Of a stretch of 64,000 nt of DNA, positions 1 through 13,700 are shown in pieces. Source of the DNA: the human T2T-CHM13v2.0 reference genome, Homo sapiens; the NCBI RefSeq assembly GCF_009914755.1, contig NC_060932.1. The stretch is one strand, 5' to 3'. The notes beneath the pieces are model-generated. The model made no database searches and was not told where the DNA came from. It was given only the letters and a program-made list of their open reading frames with translations. Each line of letters begins with the position of its first letter. Within the stretch, counting starts at the first letter, position 1. Made by a program: the position numbers and the translations under genes.

Positions 1-60
1 AAAAAGCATAAAGTTTTGTTGAAAGTAACTGTAGCAGAATTGCCAGGAACTCTACAGGAC

Positions 61-391
61 TTTTTTTTTTTTTCTTTTTTTTTTTTTTTGAGACGGAGTC
101 TCGCACTGTTTCCCAGGCTGGAATGAAGTGACCCGATCTCGGCTCACTGCAACATCTGCCTCCTGGATTCAAACGATTCTCCCGCCTCAGGCTCCTGAGT
201 AGCTGAGATTACAGGTGCCCGCCACCAAGCCTGGCTAGTTTTTTTGTTTGTTTGTTTGTTTGTTTGTTTTTTAATGGAGATGAGGTTTCACCACATTGGC
301 CAAGATGGTCTCAAACTCCTGACCTCAGGTGATCCGCCCACCTCAGCCTCCCAAAGTGCAGGGATTACAAGTGTGAGCTACCGTGCCTGGC
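61..391 (-). mobile_element. Alu (AluS-type), full length, central linker expanded to (TTTG)n
   Basis: poly-T 61-90 then gagacggagtctcgc...cctcccaaagtgc...ccgtgcctggc; TSD ctcta(c/t)aggac on both sides. Confidence 0.97.
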
Positions 392-419
392 TCTCTATAG
401 GACTTTTGAAGAGACAGGG

Positions 420-902
420 TGCACTAACCACATTTTCTAGTTTCCGCATTCGATGCTTTGACATCTCGGGGCCTTGCTGATACTGGAGGGCTGCCTCTCC
501 CAGAGCTAGCAAATTCCTGGAGAGAGCGAACCAACCAATCCAGAGTCCACTCCTTTACCACTTACCCCTATCATCTTCTTACACTTCACTCTGGACCTCT
601 CTCTACCTGGCCGACTCACCCCAGGGCCAGGGACCAGACAACTAGGGACAGTCCCTGTGCCACAGAGCTGCTGTAACTATTCAAACTAGCCAGCTCTGGG
701 CCTGAGCTGTCCCAGGGAAACCACTGTAAAGGCTCCTGGCCACGTTTTTCCCTCCCTTCTTCTGCCTTGCGACCACCCCTGGTGCTTCCCTTCTGTGGCC
801 CTGCACGCTGGGCCTCCCTTCTCCTTCCTTCGTGACAGTCATTTCTGTGTCTGGGTCTCATACCATCTCTGACTAAACCCAATCCCAGGTACCCTTAAAA
901 CA
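420..902 (+). mobile_element. ERVL solo LTR, MER74A-like
   Basis: tg...gatgctttgacatctcggggccttgctga...ccagggccagggaccagacaactagggacag...ctggtgcttccc...aaaaca resembles the recalled MER74 consensus. Confidence 0.75.
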
Positions 903-2689
903 TGGGTCTGCTTCCCTGAGGGAAGGAAGCCTGGTTGGGCTCTATCTGTAGATACCAATCAATGGAAGAAAGATGTCGATTTCTCCATGGGACCAACTCA
1001 TGAGTAGAGAGGAAACTGTAAGGAAGACAGGCCTAGCCCTGCCTACATTTCAGCATGGTGCAGGAAGAGAGTCCAGGGGATCTGCCAAAGACCTCTTCTA
1101 GCTGGGGAACTGCACCAAGCTTAGGGAGATTCCTAACAGAGAGCTCTAAAAGAGAAATCCCACTGGGTCCATTTAAAGGCAACCACGAAAGGCCAAAGTG
1201 TTCTGCTTGGGCATCTTCCTAGGAGGAAATGCCATCAAACAGTGAGGGTGAGGACTGGCCCCTCAGTGCCTATGGCGATCTCTGGCATCAGGGACGGCCT
1301 TGCTGTTAGCCAAATGTGTGCAGTTGAATCCCAAGACACAGGGCCGGGGGAGGCCGCAGAGTTAATAAGCAAAGAGACCCAATCTCTGGGGCCTGTGAAG
1401 AGGAGAGGGTTTTACCACTTCACCTGGCTGGAGGCTCAGGTATGTTGTTTCCACAAATCCCTGCAGGCCCCAGTGAGAAAGCCATGGGCAAGATGGGCAC
1501 AGGAAGGTGGTGGGGACAATGGGTTTGTGCAGGGGGCAGCCAAAAGGATTCCATGCCCAGCACCAGGCCTGACCCCCAGGGGCCACAGGGAGGGGAAGAA
1601 AAGGCCCTGTCTCCCCTGCCTTGCACCATGGTCCAGCTGGACTCGAAGGACAATCCCATGAAGTCAGCAGATGGAACAGAGAGCTGCAGGGCAAAGGCTG
1701 GAACACTAGGCCAGTCATGTTTCTCTAGAGTCAAAGCCACAGCGCTGCTTTTTCCCACTCCAGCCCCATAGCCAGGAAAAATCGGCCCCTTTGTGCTCTC
1801 CAGCTAGAGGTCACTGGGGCATCTCCTCCAAGGCTCTATGTTTGGGGCTTGGACCCAGGGCTTCCTGTTGCCTGGGAGCCATCTGGCTCAACAGATCCCA
1901 TTGTTTGGGATGGGGACAGGGCTGGAGGCCCTGGGGAAGCACCCAAGGTCTCAAACATTTAAACCGCTACATCCTGCAGCAGTGGCTGTGGCCTCACTCG
2001 AGGAGCATTCTTGGGCTCCCTCTGGGGTATCCGCGCAGCAGGCTTTCTTCCATCAGCAGCCAGGGGACACCCATAAAATATGCTCACTGTGCCAGGAATG
2101 AGAATAAAAGTGCCTCACTGGATCCCCAAACTTCACACCTCCTATTGTGTTCTCAGTTTAGATTTGCAATAGCCCTGGGAGGCAAGTGTCCAGCACTGCA
2201 GGGCTGTGCCATGCTGGGCACCAGGTCTAGCACTCTATGGCCTTGCTTCTTTTGTCTGATCCAGTGCTATCACAAAATTCTTCCCTGCATTCACCCCTAC
2301 CCTAACCCTCACCATCTACCCCTGCCTCCAACCTCTGTCACAAAGCTTTTCCCTGTACTAGCCTCAAAGCCCAAACTGGACAATGTCTTTGCTATGTCTT
2401 TTGGCCTCTGCCCAGTAGGGTGGCCATATGTCCCATATACATAGAACAATCATTCTCTCCATCCCTTGTCCCAGTTTTAATATTAATAGCATTCCCTTTC
2501 ACCTGCAGCAGCATCTTCTTTTGGAAGATAAATTATTTGACTGGCTTCCCTCATGGGTTACATTCAGAAGTTCCCACCTGCCCTCTACCTATAGAGGTCC
2601 TGAAACCTCAGCCCAAAGTGGCACCTCTTCCTGGGCTGGGTGTGGCACTTTCACCATGCCCAGCCTCACTGGGGAACAGGAACCAGAGG

Positions 2690-2800
2690 GAAGGCATTAT
2701 TCCAGTGAACAAATGAGAACACTGAGGTCAGAGAGAATGCAATCTGCCCAAATCACTGAATTTGTTCATAGCAGGACTCAAGACTATATAAGGATTCTAT
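2690..2800 (-). mobile_element. MIR fragment
   Basis: acaaatgagaacactgaggtcagagag...tgcccaaatcac MIR core. Confidence 0.6.
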
Positions 2801-3696
2801 GCTGGATATACTTTCACCAAACCAGGCCATCGTCATGACCGTGCTTCCCACCATATCACAATTGCAGGCTTGGATGCCCTCTTGGGACTTGCCTTGTTGT
2901 CTGCCATTGCTCTTGAGTTGTTTCATGTATAATGGATTCTCTTGTCCCAGGTGATAAAGTCACAGAGCCCAAGAGCTGTGTCTTCTCCTTTTCTCAGCCT
3001 AGGTACAGAGGATCTGCTCAAGAAATATTTGCAGAATCCATTTGAATGTTGCTGAGTCCTGCAGGTTTAGGAAACTCTCCAGAAGTGTGGCAAGACTTCT
3101 TCAACACTGATGTGATATTGAGTGGTGAGAAGGATGCTCTCTCTAAACTGCTTTTCAGCTCTTCTGCCATGACCTGTCCAGGCTGTCTGCACCAAGGCCA
3201 CATATGGAGAAGACCCACCCCCACCAAAAAGACCAAGAACCCACCATGGAGGGAAGAGCTTCATGGACAGTAGCATGGCCAGTTGCATGGAGAAAGGTCC
3301 TAGGCCTGCATTCTAGATTTATGTCAACATCCCAAATCTATGCCAAGACTGGACAACTGGTGTCAACTTTTAAGACAGACCACTGGGATCATGCCCCCTC
3401 TCTCTCCACCCACCATAGTTTATACAAAAATAACTGATGCAGTGAAACAACATGTAGACCTCCCAGCTTTCTCTACTTAATCCCCACTGGGTATGAGGCC
3501 TTGGGAAACGCTTCCCTCCTCTGATCCTTAGGTTCCTCATCTGTAAATGAGAGCACTGGACTAGATCAGTGCTGCCCAGTGGAAATGTCATGTGAGCCAT
3601 GGATAAAATTTTAAACTTTCTAGTAGCCACATTAAAAAGCGGGGGGGAAGGTGTGGAATTAATCTTAATAATGTATATCATGAACATCATATATAC

Positions 3697-4210
3697 CAGG
3701 AGTCCCCAACCCCCAGGCCACAGACTGGTACCTGTCCAGGGCCTATTAGGAACCAGGCTGCACAGCAGGAGGTGGGCAGCAGGTGAGTGAGTGAAGCTTC
3801 ATCTGTATTTACACCCGCTCCCCATCACCTGCATTACCACTTGAGCTCGCCCCCTGTTAGATCATCAGCAGCATTAGACTCTCATAGGAGCGTGAACTCT
3901 ATTGTGAACTGCGCGTGTGAGGGATCCAGGTTGCATACTCCTTATGAGAATCTAATGCCTGATGTCACTGTCTCCCATCACCCACAGATGGTACTGTCTA
4001 GTTGCAGGAAAACAAGCTCAGGGCTCCCACTGAGTCTACATTATGGTAAGTTGTATAATTATTTCATCATATAATGTAATAAGAATAGAAACAAAGTACT
4101 CAATAAATATAATGCACTTGAATCATCCTGAAACCATCCCTCACCCCATCTGTGGAAAAACTGTCTTCCACGAAACCAGTCCCTGGAGCCAAAAAGGTTG
4201 GGGACCACTG
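3697..4210 (+). mobile_element. MER1A hAT-Charlie DNA transposon
   Basis: TIRs caggagtccccaacc...ggttggggaccactg; 514 bp; 8-bp TSD atatatac/aaatatac. Confidence 0.92.
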
Positions 4211-4310
4211 AAATATACAACATGTTATCATCTCGACACATCATCAATATAAAAATTAATGAGATAATTTTAAATTTTCTCATACTGAGTTTGAAATCTG
4301 ATATGTATTA

Positions 4311-4779
<469 letters not shown>

Positions 4780-5332
4780 TCACGCCTCTACACTTTGCCA
4801 GACAGCAGATTCTCCATCACCAGGTTCTGCCCACCTGCTCTCAAGGAGACACAACTCTACCACCTGGGCAGCCCACGCCATCCTTTGCCACCCAGTGCTG
4901 ACCTTGTGCTCTCCAGATAGGAGGCTTGGCTTACCTGGATCCACGTTCCAAGCCACAGGGGTCCTGCCCCAGTGCCTCTCTCAGCCCAAAGTATGAGCTT
5001 GGTTTCCAAGTCCGGGCTTCCGGGCCACCCACCCTGCTCAGAACTTCTCTCCAAGTCAGTCATTAGAACTGCACACTATGGCAGGGAGGGCTAAAAGAGA
5101 CTTAGGAGCCCACATATGTGGCAGTCCTCCCTCTGGACAATTCTATGTGTGTTTGTTTCATGCCAAGCATGTGGCAAGTTCTATGCCAAGCTTGTGGGCA
5201 CCAAAGAGAGCTAGATAGTGGTCCTCTATTCCCTTAAGACCCTAACCCTGATGTGCATGGAATAGACAGCTGGAGGATGACAAAAAACAATATATGCTGA
5301 AGTGTTCAATCGGATACCTCATTGTCAGAAGC

Positions 5333-5750
5333 CATATTGGCGGGGGTCTCAGCAGGAAACAGATGGTACACTCAAGCTGGATAACTGAGGAGAGTTTCAT
5401 GAGAATGCTATTTTGAAATATGTGGGAAAGGTTTAGAGAAATACACAAAGGATGACATGTACAACTCTCCTGGGCCTGGAGAGGCCAGAGGAAGGAGAAA
5501 CTGAAGAAACAGAGAGGATGGTGGCATGGAGAGGTCCACTTAACAAGAGTTGTAGCAACTGAGGCAACCACTCAGGGAATGAGTATGCTCCATCCACTCT
5601 CCTCCCACCCTCTGATCTCCATTTGGGTCATTCCATTGGCTAAACCCAACCTGAGGCCAAAGACAAGGGAGTCTATAGGGGTTGGCCTCCCAGAGCACAC
5701 AGTAGGGTAAGGGTGAGCATAGGGGGACCAAGAGAGGATATCCAGGCCAT
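5333..5750. mobile_element. old MaLR (MLT1-type) LTR fragment
   Basis: caggaaacagatggtacactcaagctggataactgaggagagttt...cattccattggctaaacccaacc. Confidence 0.55.
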
Positions 5751-6314
5751 GGACTGATACGAGAACATCACAGGTGGTAAGTATGAAAGAGGTCAGAGTT
5801 ACTTCTTCCCTGCTGGGGGAAGCAGGGCTAGGCTTGGATCCTGGGGGATGAGTGGGCTTTGGAGAGATAAGAAAGGAGGACCCTACAGCTTGGATGGCAG
5901 AGTCAAGGCAGATGGCCTGAGCGAAGTCAAACAGTTGGAGATCAGTGTGAAGTCCTCAGAGATGGGGTAGCTGTGATAAGTCACTGCAGAGACCTTGAAG
6001 TCTCCTTTCCTCACCAGCTCCAAGATCCTGAGATCCCAGGCTTCCTTCCTGGAAAGAATAGATGTGAACCTTGAAAGGCTGAATTTGAACTGGGCCCCAG
6101 AAAAAGGCAAGGAAGGCTATAGAAGTTCAGAAAGGAAAGAGAAGAGTTGATGTGTGATGCTCCCATCATGAAGACTGAGAGATAGCAAAGCAGTATAGGT
6201 GCTTCACGGTCTAGTATGGAAGAGTAAATAGTCTGGTCTCTAGATATAGCCAGGGAGGATAGAGGTCTAATAGGTATAAGAGTAATAACTAGAATAGGCT
6301 TGAGTATAAGTATA

Positions 6315-6610
6315 GCACTTTCCACATGATCCTTACATAAATTACCTCATTTGATTATCTCAACAGCCATATAGAGGAAAAGGAGGGAGCTAGGGAAAGA
6401 GGTACCAAATGCAATGAACACCAAATATGTGCCCAACACTGTATGTAACATTGTGCACTTCATGGGTCTACAGTCCCATTATTCCCATTACACAGAGAAG
6501 AAAACTAATGATCAAAGGAAGTAAGTGATTTGTTCTAGGTCAGAGAGCCATCAAGTGAAATGGGACTGGGACCCAAGCTATGAATCTAAATCTCTATGTC
6601 TTTTCCACAT
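6315..6610 (-). mobile_element. MIR fragments
   Basis: attcccattacacagagaagaaaact...gtaagtgatttgttctaggtcagagagc. Confidence 0.65.
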
Positions 6611-7528
6611 TCGTAAAATAATGAGAGAACAATGCAAGCCAGCATCAAATGAGATCCTGGATACCTATCACTTTATGGGAGGGCAGAGCACTGGGTAATT
6701 GAGGCATTATCGTTACAAGGGTTGGGGGCAGAATTTGGGCTGCAGACAACAGGTGGTGGAGTTCAGAGAAATGCAGCCTAGAAGAATGGACAAGAGTCAG
6801 TTTCATGTCAGAAGCAGGAGGAGCTTGCACACCCAAGTTAGGTTTCTATGGAAAACAAACTTCCTCTTCTGGGAGCCTTGATCTTCTCTCTTTCTCTAAG
6901 CATAATGGGAGGCCCCCACCCCCCTCCACCCCCTCTGACAGGTCATGATAGGGAGCCTCCCCCACCACCCAGTATAGCAGTCACCATCCAGATTTCTGTC
7001 CCATGCAGAAAAACAAGATTGCAAGTATGCAGGAAGACATATGGGGTTTAAATGTAGGGTCTGTGGGTCCTGCCAGCCAATCCCCGCTGGCCAACAGAGC
7101 AAAATGATACATAAGCTCCAGGTCACTCTGTCCCACCAGCAGGCACGGAGAAGGGGCAATGATACACACATTCTGCCAAGGCCCATTGCATCTGTATCTT
7201 AATTATAAAAAAAAGAATGCTTCTGAGGATGGACGTTCCTATTTGCAACATCTTTGGTTTGAAAATTTAGGTCATCATTTCTTATTTAGGCTGTGTCTAT
7301 AACAGAAAAGCACCAGATGGGGAGAGGGTCAGCCAGTGTTCCTGGCGGTTTCATGACTGATTTAGCCAATATGGTTTGTCTGAGCCTATGTGATCTGGTA
7401 TTTAAAAAGGGGAGTAGGAGGGACAAAGGCAACATGACAAAAGGAAATCAATGGACCGGACAGCTCTATGACGCACTGCGAAGGTGCACTCAAGGAGCAG
7501 CATTGGGGTGGGGAAGGGCAGGGGCCTC

Positions 7529-7698
7529 CAGGGCTCTGAACCATGCCCCAGTGCACATCAGAATCACCTGCAGAGCCCCTAAGTAATACCAATCCTGGAC
7601 CCCACCCTCGGAGATTCCAGTTTACTGGTCTGAAATGGGGCCACAAACTAATAGTTTTTAAAAATGCTTCAAGGACAGCCAGAGTTGAAAAAACACCA
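7529..7698. mobile_element. MER5A-like hAT MITE
   Basis: tgcacatcagaatcacctg...ccccaccctcggagattc...ggtctgaaatggggcc...gttgaaaaaacac. Confidence 0.75.
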
Positions 7699-8129
7699 AT
7701 ATTAATCCAATTCTACTTTCTCTGAAGCCCTTCCCCTCCGCCCCCCACCTTCTTTTCCCTTCTTCTTCCCCATGCCTAGTTTCTGGGGTCACCGATCAGT
7801 ACCACTGCTCTCCAACAAGAAAGGTGACCAGCCATCCCGCTTCTAAAACCAGAAGCCCAGCATCCCAGGAAGCCCCTAGCCCCAGACAAACTGGGAGGAC
7901 CAATTCCTGGGTTGCCAGCTCTCCTGAGCCTGACAATCACCATCTTTAGAGATGATGAAGAGCTCAGAGCCTGCCTTCCTCTTTGATCTTTCCTGATCAT
8001 CCTAAGCCCCGGGGACTGTTATGAGAACCCCAGAGCCCACCAGCCCTGGGTCCCCTCCTGCTGCCCTAGCCTGAGGCACCGCACACATTTGAGAAGGGAC
8101 ACAGGTAGGGCCCAGTGCCACCTGGTTGG

Positions 8130-8460
8130 TGCCCCGGGCTGATTTGCCCCACATCTGAAATTGCACCGTTGGTGCTAATGTGCTACTTCCAGTGGTCCTG
8201 GAGCTCTAAATTCAGGAGCCATTTACTAAGCAATATTCGTATTTATTTGTGAAATTATATGGACCTTTATAGCACATTTACAAAGACGAATAAATCCCTG
8301 CTCACATGGCCCAATTTGTTGTTCTAACCTGACACTTCCGTGTCATGATCACCTTTCTTTCAGCTGGTTATGGCCAAGGCTGTTAGGGATTTATTAGAGG
8401 CATTTTCTAATGTGCTTTACAAGATGTTGTTGAGGCTGTGGCTTTATTTATGGGCAAGAG
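8130..8460. promoter_or_regulatory. candidate enhancer-like non-repeat block
   Basis: AT-rich non-repeat island in GC-richer flanks with several TTTAT/GGATTTAT/TTTATGG homeodomain-type motifs; conservation not tested. Confidence 0.35.
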
Positions 8461-9319
8461 GGGGAGGGATGGAGGAAAAGTGTTGGGGAGAGGGGAGAGA
8501 AAGAAAAAGAGGGCACTACAAGCAGGTGACAGAATGAGCTTCCGTGCATCTGGAAGCATCATCCAGGGATGAGTTTAATAGAAACCCTCTTTCCAGCCTC
8601 CACCCCCACCTCCCACCTCAGCTCACCCACCACTTGAAAAACTTTGATCTCTAACTTCTGCAATATTATTGATCTTCAGAGGTGGAAATTTTTTTTAAAG
8701 ACACAGACATCAAGGAGATTTTAAGATAAGACTAGGGATGAAGGGACCTCCTTTATACCTGGGGAAATATCAGACAGCTTTGCTAGAAGTGAAGTTTCCA
8801 CCCTCTGATTCTTTCTACCAAAAGAAGGAAAGAAGGAAAAAGCAAATGGGAGGCAACATTTGTCACGGTCTTCCATGCCCTTTCTGAGGGCTGGAGACAG
8901 CTCCCTTAGTGGCCAGCTCACCCTTTCCTAGCAAGGGTTAGACTGAAGATGGCTGAAATAATCCAAATGAGGAGTCCCAATATTCGCTTGACAAACATTT
9001 ACTGAGTTCCTTGAACAGCAGCGCTGGATGGGCAAGTCAAGGTTTGCACCCTAGGGGAGTTTGCCCCGTGAGGAAGAGAGGTATGTTTGCAGGCTCACTA
9101 TTGTTAGCATCTACCGGGCTGGATGCTGTCACGGAGACATGCAGAAAGATCAACAGGAGCAAAAGCAGAAGCCACAGTTTTCTGGATCATGGGGAATCAG
9201 ACAGGGCTCCACTCACCTTTGAGCGAGGCCTTAAGAGAAGAAATAAAGCTTTCCAGGGAGAGACAGGCTTCCCATCAGAGAGCCAGCCTGCAGATGGCGG
9301 CACCAGTGCTTGGAAATAG

Positions 9320-11420
9320 TTGCTCATTCCATAAATGGTTGCTTAGCTTGGTCAGGTGCCAGAGGCTTTTCCAGGGACTAGAAGACAATAGCGAATGAGG
9401 CAGACAAGGCCTTTACCCTTGTGGCACTCATGAAGTTAGAGTCCAGGGGCTTTGAGCTGAGACCTGGAGCCTGGAAAGGAGTCAGCCAGGCAAAAACCGA
9501 GGAACACAAAGGAAGTCCAAAGGTTCTGGCTTAAGAACAGGAGTGAGTCCATTGTGGCTGCACAATGATTCAAAACAAAACTGGAAAAGTCACTCAGAAC
9601 CAGATGACTATGGTAAGGAGTGCGCCTTTTATTCTAAGGGCAAAAATAAGTGTTTCATTTAGCATTTTCAACAGCACACTGGCCCAGTGCCCATGGACAC
9701 ACCCAGCTTCCAGATTTTCCTTTCTCTAAGAAAATGGCTCCAGTGCTCCTTGGAATAATGGCTGATTCTAGGGCTTGGGCAGGGAACACACCAGATGAGC
9801 CCACGGCACCTTCCAGTGCCAGAAAGCAGGGATGTGCTAAACAGAGGGAGCACGGCAAAGTGACACGGGAGCCAAACCGAAGCAGGTCCCCAAGGCCAAA
9901 GCTGGAACACTTTGCACAGTAAGTAAATAAAATAGTATTGAATTGGGACCCAAAGTATGATGCAAATACCCATGAGTCCACTGATATAAATACATGATGA
10001 ATTAATAAATAAATGAATGGATGAATAAGTGAGAGAGGAGAAACAGATCTCCCCTATAAAACTCCAAATATTTAGTAGACGTTCTCCACTCCAAGTCATG
10101 GAGTTTAATTTTCTTCTCTTCCTGCCCCTTGAATGTGATCTGCTCTTGGTGACCTGCTTCCGAAGAGTAGAGCATGGGAAAGGAGCAGGAAAGGTAGCTG
10201 CAGAGGAGAAACCTGGCAAACATGACCTCAGCCAGGTGATCAAGGCCAAGGTCCACAGTGAAACACATCGCTGATGCTAGGTAGCCTTCATGTGATGTGA
10301 ATAGAATAGCACTTCTCCTCTCCAAAACCCATAACTCCAGCCTAAACATGAGAAAACCATCAGATGAACCCAAATTGAGGGGCATTGAACAAACTGCCTT
10401 ACCTGTACTCCTCAAAACAGTCAAGGTCATCAGTAACGAGGAAAATCCGAGAAGCTGTTACAAGGAGACATGATGACTGAATGTAATGTGGGATTCCAGC
10501 ACAGAAAGAAAACTAGTGAAATCTGAATAAAGTGTGGAGTGTAATTAATAGCAATGCACCAATGTTGGTCCCTTAGTGTGATGAGCGTACCTTAGTACTG
10601 TAAGATGTTTACAATAGGGGAACCTGGGTGACGGGTGCCTGGGAACTCTCCACACTACCTTAGAAACTTTTCTGTAAACCTAAAACTAATGTACAATTAA
10701 AAAAAATTTTTTTTCAAAGATCCTTGGACTGCCATGTGCAGATTGAGTTGTGGGGGAGCAAGAGTGGAAGTGACTGGGGATGAGAAAGTGGGCAGTAGTG
10801 AGGTGTGGACCTGGCCAGGAGACTGGTGTGAAGAGGGGGAGGACGGGGATCAAGGATAACCACTGGTGTTCAGCTTAACGACTGGGGGAGGATCAGGTTG
10901 TAGGCAGAAAACACGGATCCAACCCAAGGCTCATTAGCCTTGCGATGCTTGTTACACATCCAAATAGAGTGTCTGTCACATAAGCATTTGGATGTATAAA
11001 TCTACAACTCGGGGAGATAAAGGAACTGAGGATATAGGCATCTATCAGCATCCATACTGTATTTAAAGCAATAAAACGTGATTCATTCTTCCAGCAGATG
11101 TTCTCTGAGCACCTACGTGGTTGCCAGGTTCTATTCCAGGCTCTGGAGTTAAAGTAATGAGCAAAGTGAGCAAAGAGGAGGAGGCAGCCAGACGGACAGA
11201 GGGAAGCTGCGGTCTCAGGCAGTGGCCAGGGCTAGGAAGAAAAGAGAACAGGAGAGACGTGGGAGCAGAGAGTTTGGACGGGGTGATCAGGAGGGAATTC
11301 TCTAAGGAAACTGCATTGGAGCAGAGACTTGAACAACATGTGGAGATGAGCTACACGGATACCCAGGGAAAGAGCATTCCAGGCAGAGGGAACAGCAAAT
11401 GTAAAAGCTCAAGTGTGAGA
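9320..11420 (-). mobile_element. L2 fragments flanking an L1 insertion (~9320-9645, ~10710-11420)
   Basis: gagctgagacctg...ggtaaggagtgcgccttttattctaag resumes as aaagatccttggactgcc; attcattcttccagcagatgttctctgagcacctac. Confidence 0.65.
9650..10706 (+). mobile_element. L1MD/L1MC-type LINE-1 3' UTR fragment
   Basis: ccttggaataatggctgattctagggct, gaaacctggcaaacatgacctcagccaggtgatcaagg, ttttctgtaaacctaaaact, A-tail. Confidence 0.85.
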
Positions 11421-11810
11421 TGGGTGATAAAAATGGGAGCTGCCAGCACATAGCTGTGTACCAAAAGGAACCGTCACCAGAGAGCAAGAAACTGGTGATT
11501 GAGAAGAGGCCACACAGACAGAGGGAAGTCCTGAAGGTCACAGAGCACCTTTGGGAGCTGGCCTTGGAGAGGGCCAGGGACCTTTCTCCAGGCTAATGGG
11601 AAGGAAGGAAGAGTGTAGGGTGCAGAGGCTGGCCGCCTCTCAGATTTGAAAGCAGAAGCCAGTAATGATTTCTGGGCCAAGGTTGGGGGTGGGGAACAAT
11701 ATTTGCTTTGAAAAGATAGTTTGGACCCTTTAGATGGAAGATTGGAGGAAAGGCAGAGGCCACAGCTCAAGAGAAAGGTAATGAGGTCCTGAGCTGAGGG
11801 CTGCAGGGGG

Positions 11811-12293
11811 TTATATAAGTTCCCGCTTGCTGCTGTAGCAAATTACCACACACTCGATGGCTTCAAACAACACAGATTTATTATCTTACAGTTCTGGGGG
11901 TCAGATGTCCAAAATGGGTCTCACAAGGCTGAAATCAAGGTGCCTGCAGAGCAGTGTTCCCTTCTGGGTGTTTTAAGAAAGAATCCACTTTCTTGCCTTT
12001 TTCAGCTTCTAGAGGCTGCCCACATTCCTTCACTTGTGGCTTGTGGCACCCTTCCAACTTCAAAGCCAGCAGGGTAGATCTTCTCCTGCCTCTCTCCTTC
12101 ACATTTAAAGAAACCTTGTGATTACGCTGGGTCCACTCGGATAACCCAAGATAATCTCTATTTTAAGGTGAGCTGGAACCTTCATTCCATCTGCAACCTT
12201 AATCTCCACCCTTGCCATGCAGCCAGTGTATTCACAGGCTCCAGGAATTAGGACACGGACATCTTCGGAAGGGCCATTATGTCACCCACCATA
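11811..12293 (-). mobile_element. MLT1D-like MaLR solo LTR
   Basis: tgctgctgtagcaaattaccaca...ttatcttacagttctgg...ttctagaggctgccc...aggaattaggacacggacatctt. Confidence 0.85.
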
Positions 12294-12384
12294 GGAATGG
12301 ATCAAGAGCCTGTGCAAGGAAGTACAATAACTGAATTTAGCAAGGCTTAGCAAGGAGGGTGGCATCCCTGCCTGTTGGTGAGGG

Positions 12385-12950
12385 GTGGGCATTTGGGAAT
12401 CAGACAGATTGGGTGCATGCCCACTAGAAGGCAAAGGGCAAGCATCCAGCCCTCTCCAGGTCTCAGGTTTCTCATCTGTTAAAGGAAGGTAGCAGCATCT
12501 ACCTCACAGAGTTCCTCCAAGGATTAAAAATTAAATCCTGACACAACCTGCTACCAAGAGGAGATCAGTAAATAGTAACTATGGATATCATTGGCAACAA
12601 AGCTATTGGTAGTGTCAAGGGGCTGTTGGGATGAAGGGAAAGAATGCAAAAAAGCAACTTGGGTTACTCAACTGGGCCACTGGCTGAACAGAGTGAAAGA
12701 AGTCACTGAAGGAGAATCCAATAAGGAAAGGACAGCCAGAAAACAAGTGCAATTTTCCACATCTGGGTCTGGGCTTTCAAGGGACCCGCCGAGGAGCCAT
12801 GTCACTTTGGGTGAGTTACCCTGGCTTTACTGCCTCACCCTTGCAGTCCTGCCTTGTAGGATAATGATAAAGATTAAACACAATGACCTTCGTCAGCAGA
12901 GTACAGCGCCTGGCACATAGCACACACACACTTAACAAACACCAATAGTG
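12385..12950 (+). mobile_element. two MIR fragments (~12385-12585, ~12760-12950)
   Basis: ctcaggtttctcatctgttaaa; gtacagcgcctggcacatag. Confidence 0.6.
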
Positions 12951-13574
12951 TGCACTATTATCCAGGAGGCAGTTCAATATTACCCCACCGTGGAGCTCAG
13001 GGAAAAGGTTTGAACTGGACCTGAGGAAATTGGAGAAGCACATGGACGCGGCCTGCAGTTGGACAATAACAGCCTAAAGTAGGCTTAGTGGCACTGCTGG
13101 CAGCAAGCCCCCACTCAGTCTGTCCCTGCAGCACAGACCACAGGCCACAACTCACCATGGGAACAGCAGGGACATGGAGGGGTGCACAGGGAGAGGGCCA
13201 CCAGGACTTGCAGAGGACTCAGCCGGGGTCACCCAGGTGAGGCCAATGCCCCTTCTCTGGGCTTACACAGCCAGGATGCAGAAGCCGGCTGGACAACCCC
13301 AAGACACTGTCATTATGCCCTGCTTCCCTGTCTTCCCCAGAAGCCTGTTGGAAGGAGGAGCAGGAATTCAAGAGCAGCCTTAGGGTTTCATAAGACTGTG
13401 AGATGCTTCCAATCAGATAGAGGAAAGCTCTATTTTTTTCTGCAGGTCAATGACTTTTAATAATTCTCTACAGACTTAGACATCCAATTAAAACTCCTCA
13501 AGGGCAAATGCTGGGCCTCATTCATCTCCAGGTAGCAAGAACCCAGTACTGGGCTGCATTATTAGGGATTCAAA

Positions 13575-13700
13575 GGAAGAAAATGAGGAAGAGAAGAAGA
13601 GAAGGAAGGAGGGAGATAGGCTGGGGGAGAAGGAAGGAAGGAGGAAGGGAAGGACAATGAAAGAGAGGTAGGAAGATGGGAAGGGATACAATGAATGAAG
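13575..13700 (+). repeat. GA-rich low-complexity tract
   Basis: ggaagaaaatgaggaagagaagaagagaaggaaggagggag... Confidence 0.8.

Noticed and set aside
1791-2444. Longest ORF (217 aa), and other long ORFs such as 9668..10249, 45378..45902, 47695..48210 and 52466..53041
   Set aside because: No recognisable domain, mostly non-ATG starts, composition typical of random frames, and several lie in L1 or simple repeats; no exon structure supports them
6180-6315. Stretch unusually rich in TAG/TATA words
   Set aside because: No periodicity, hairpin or family match could be established
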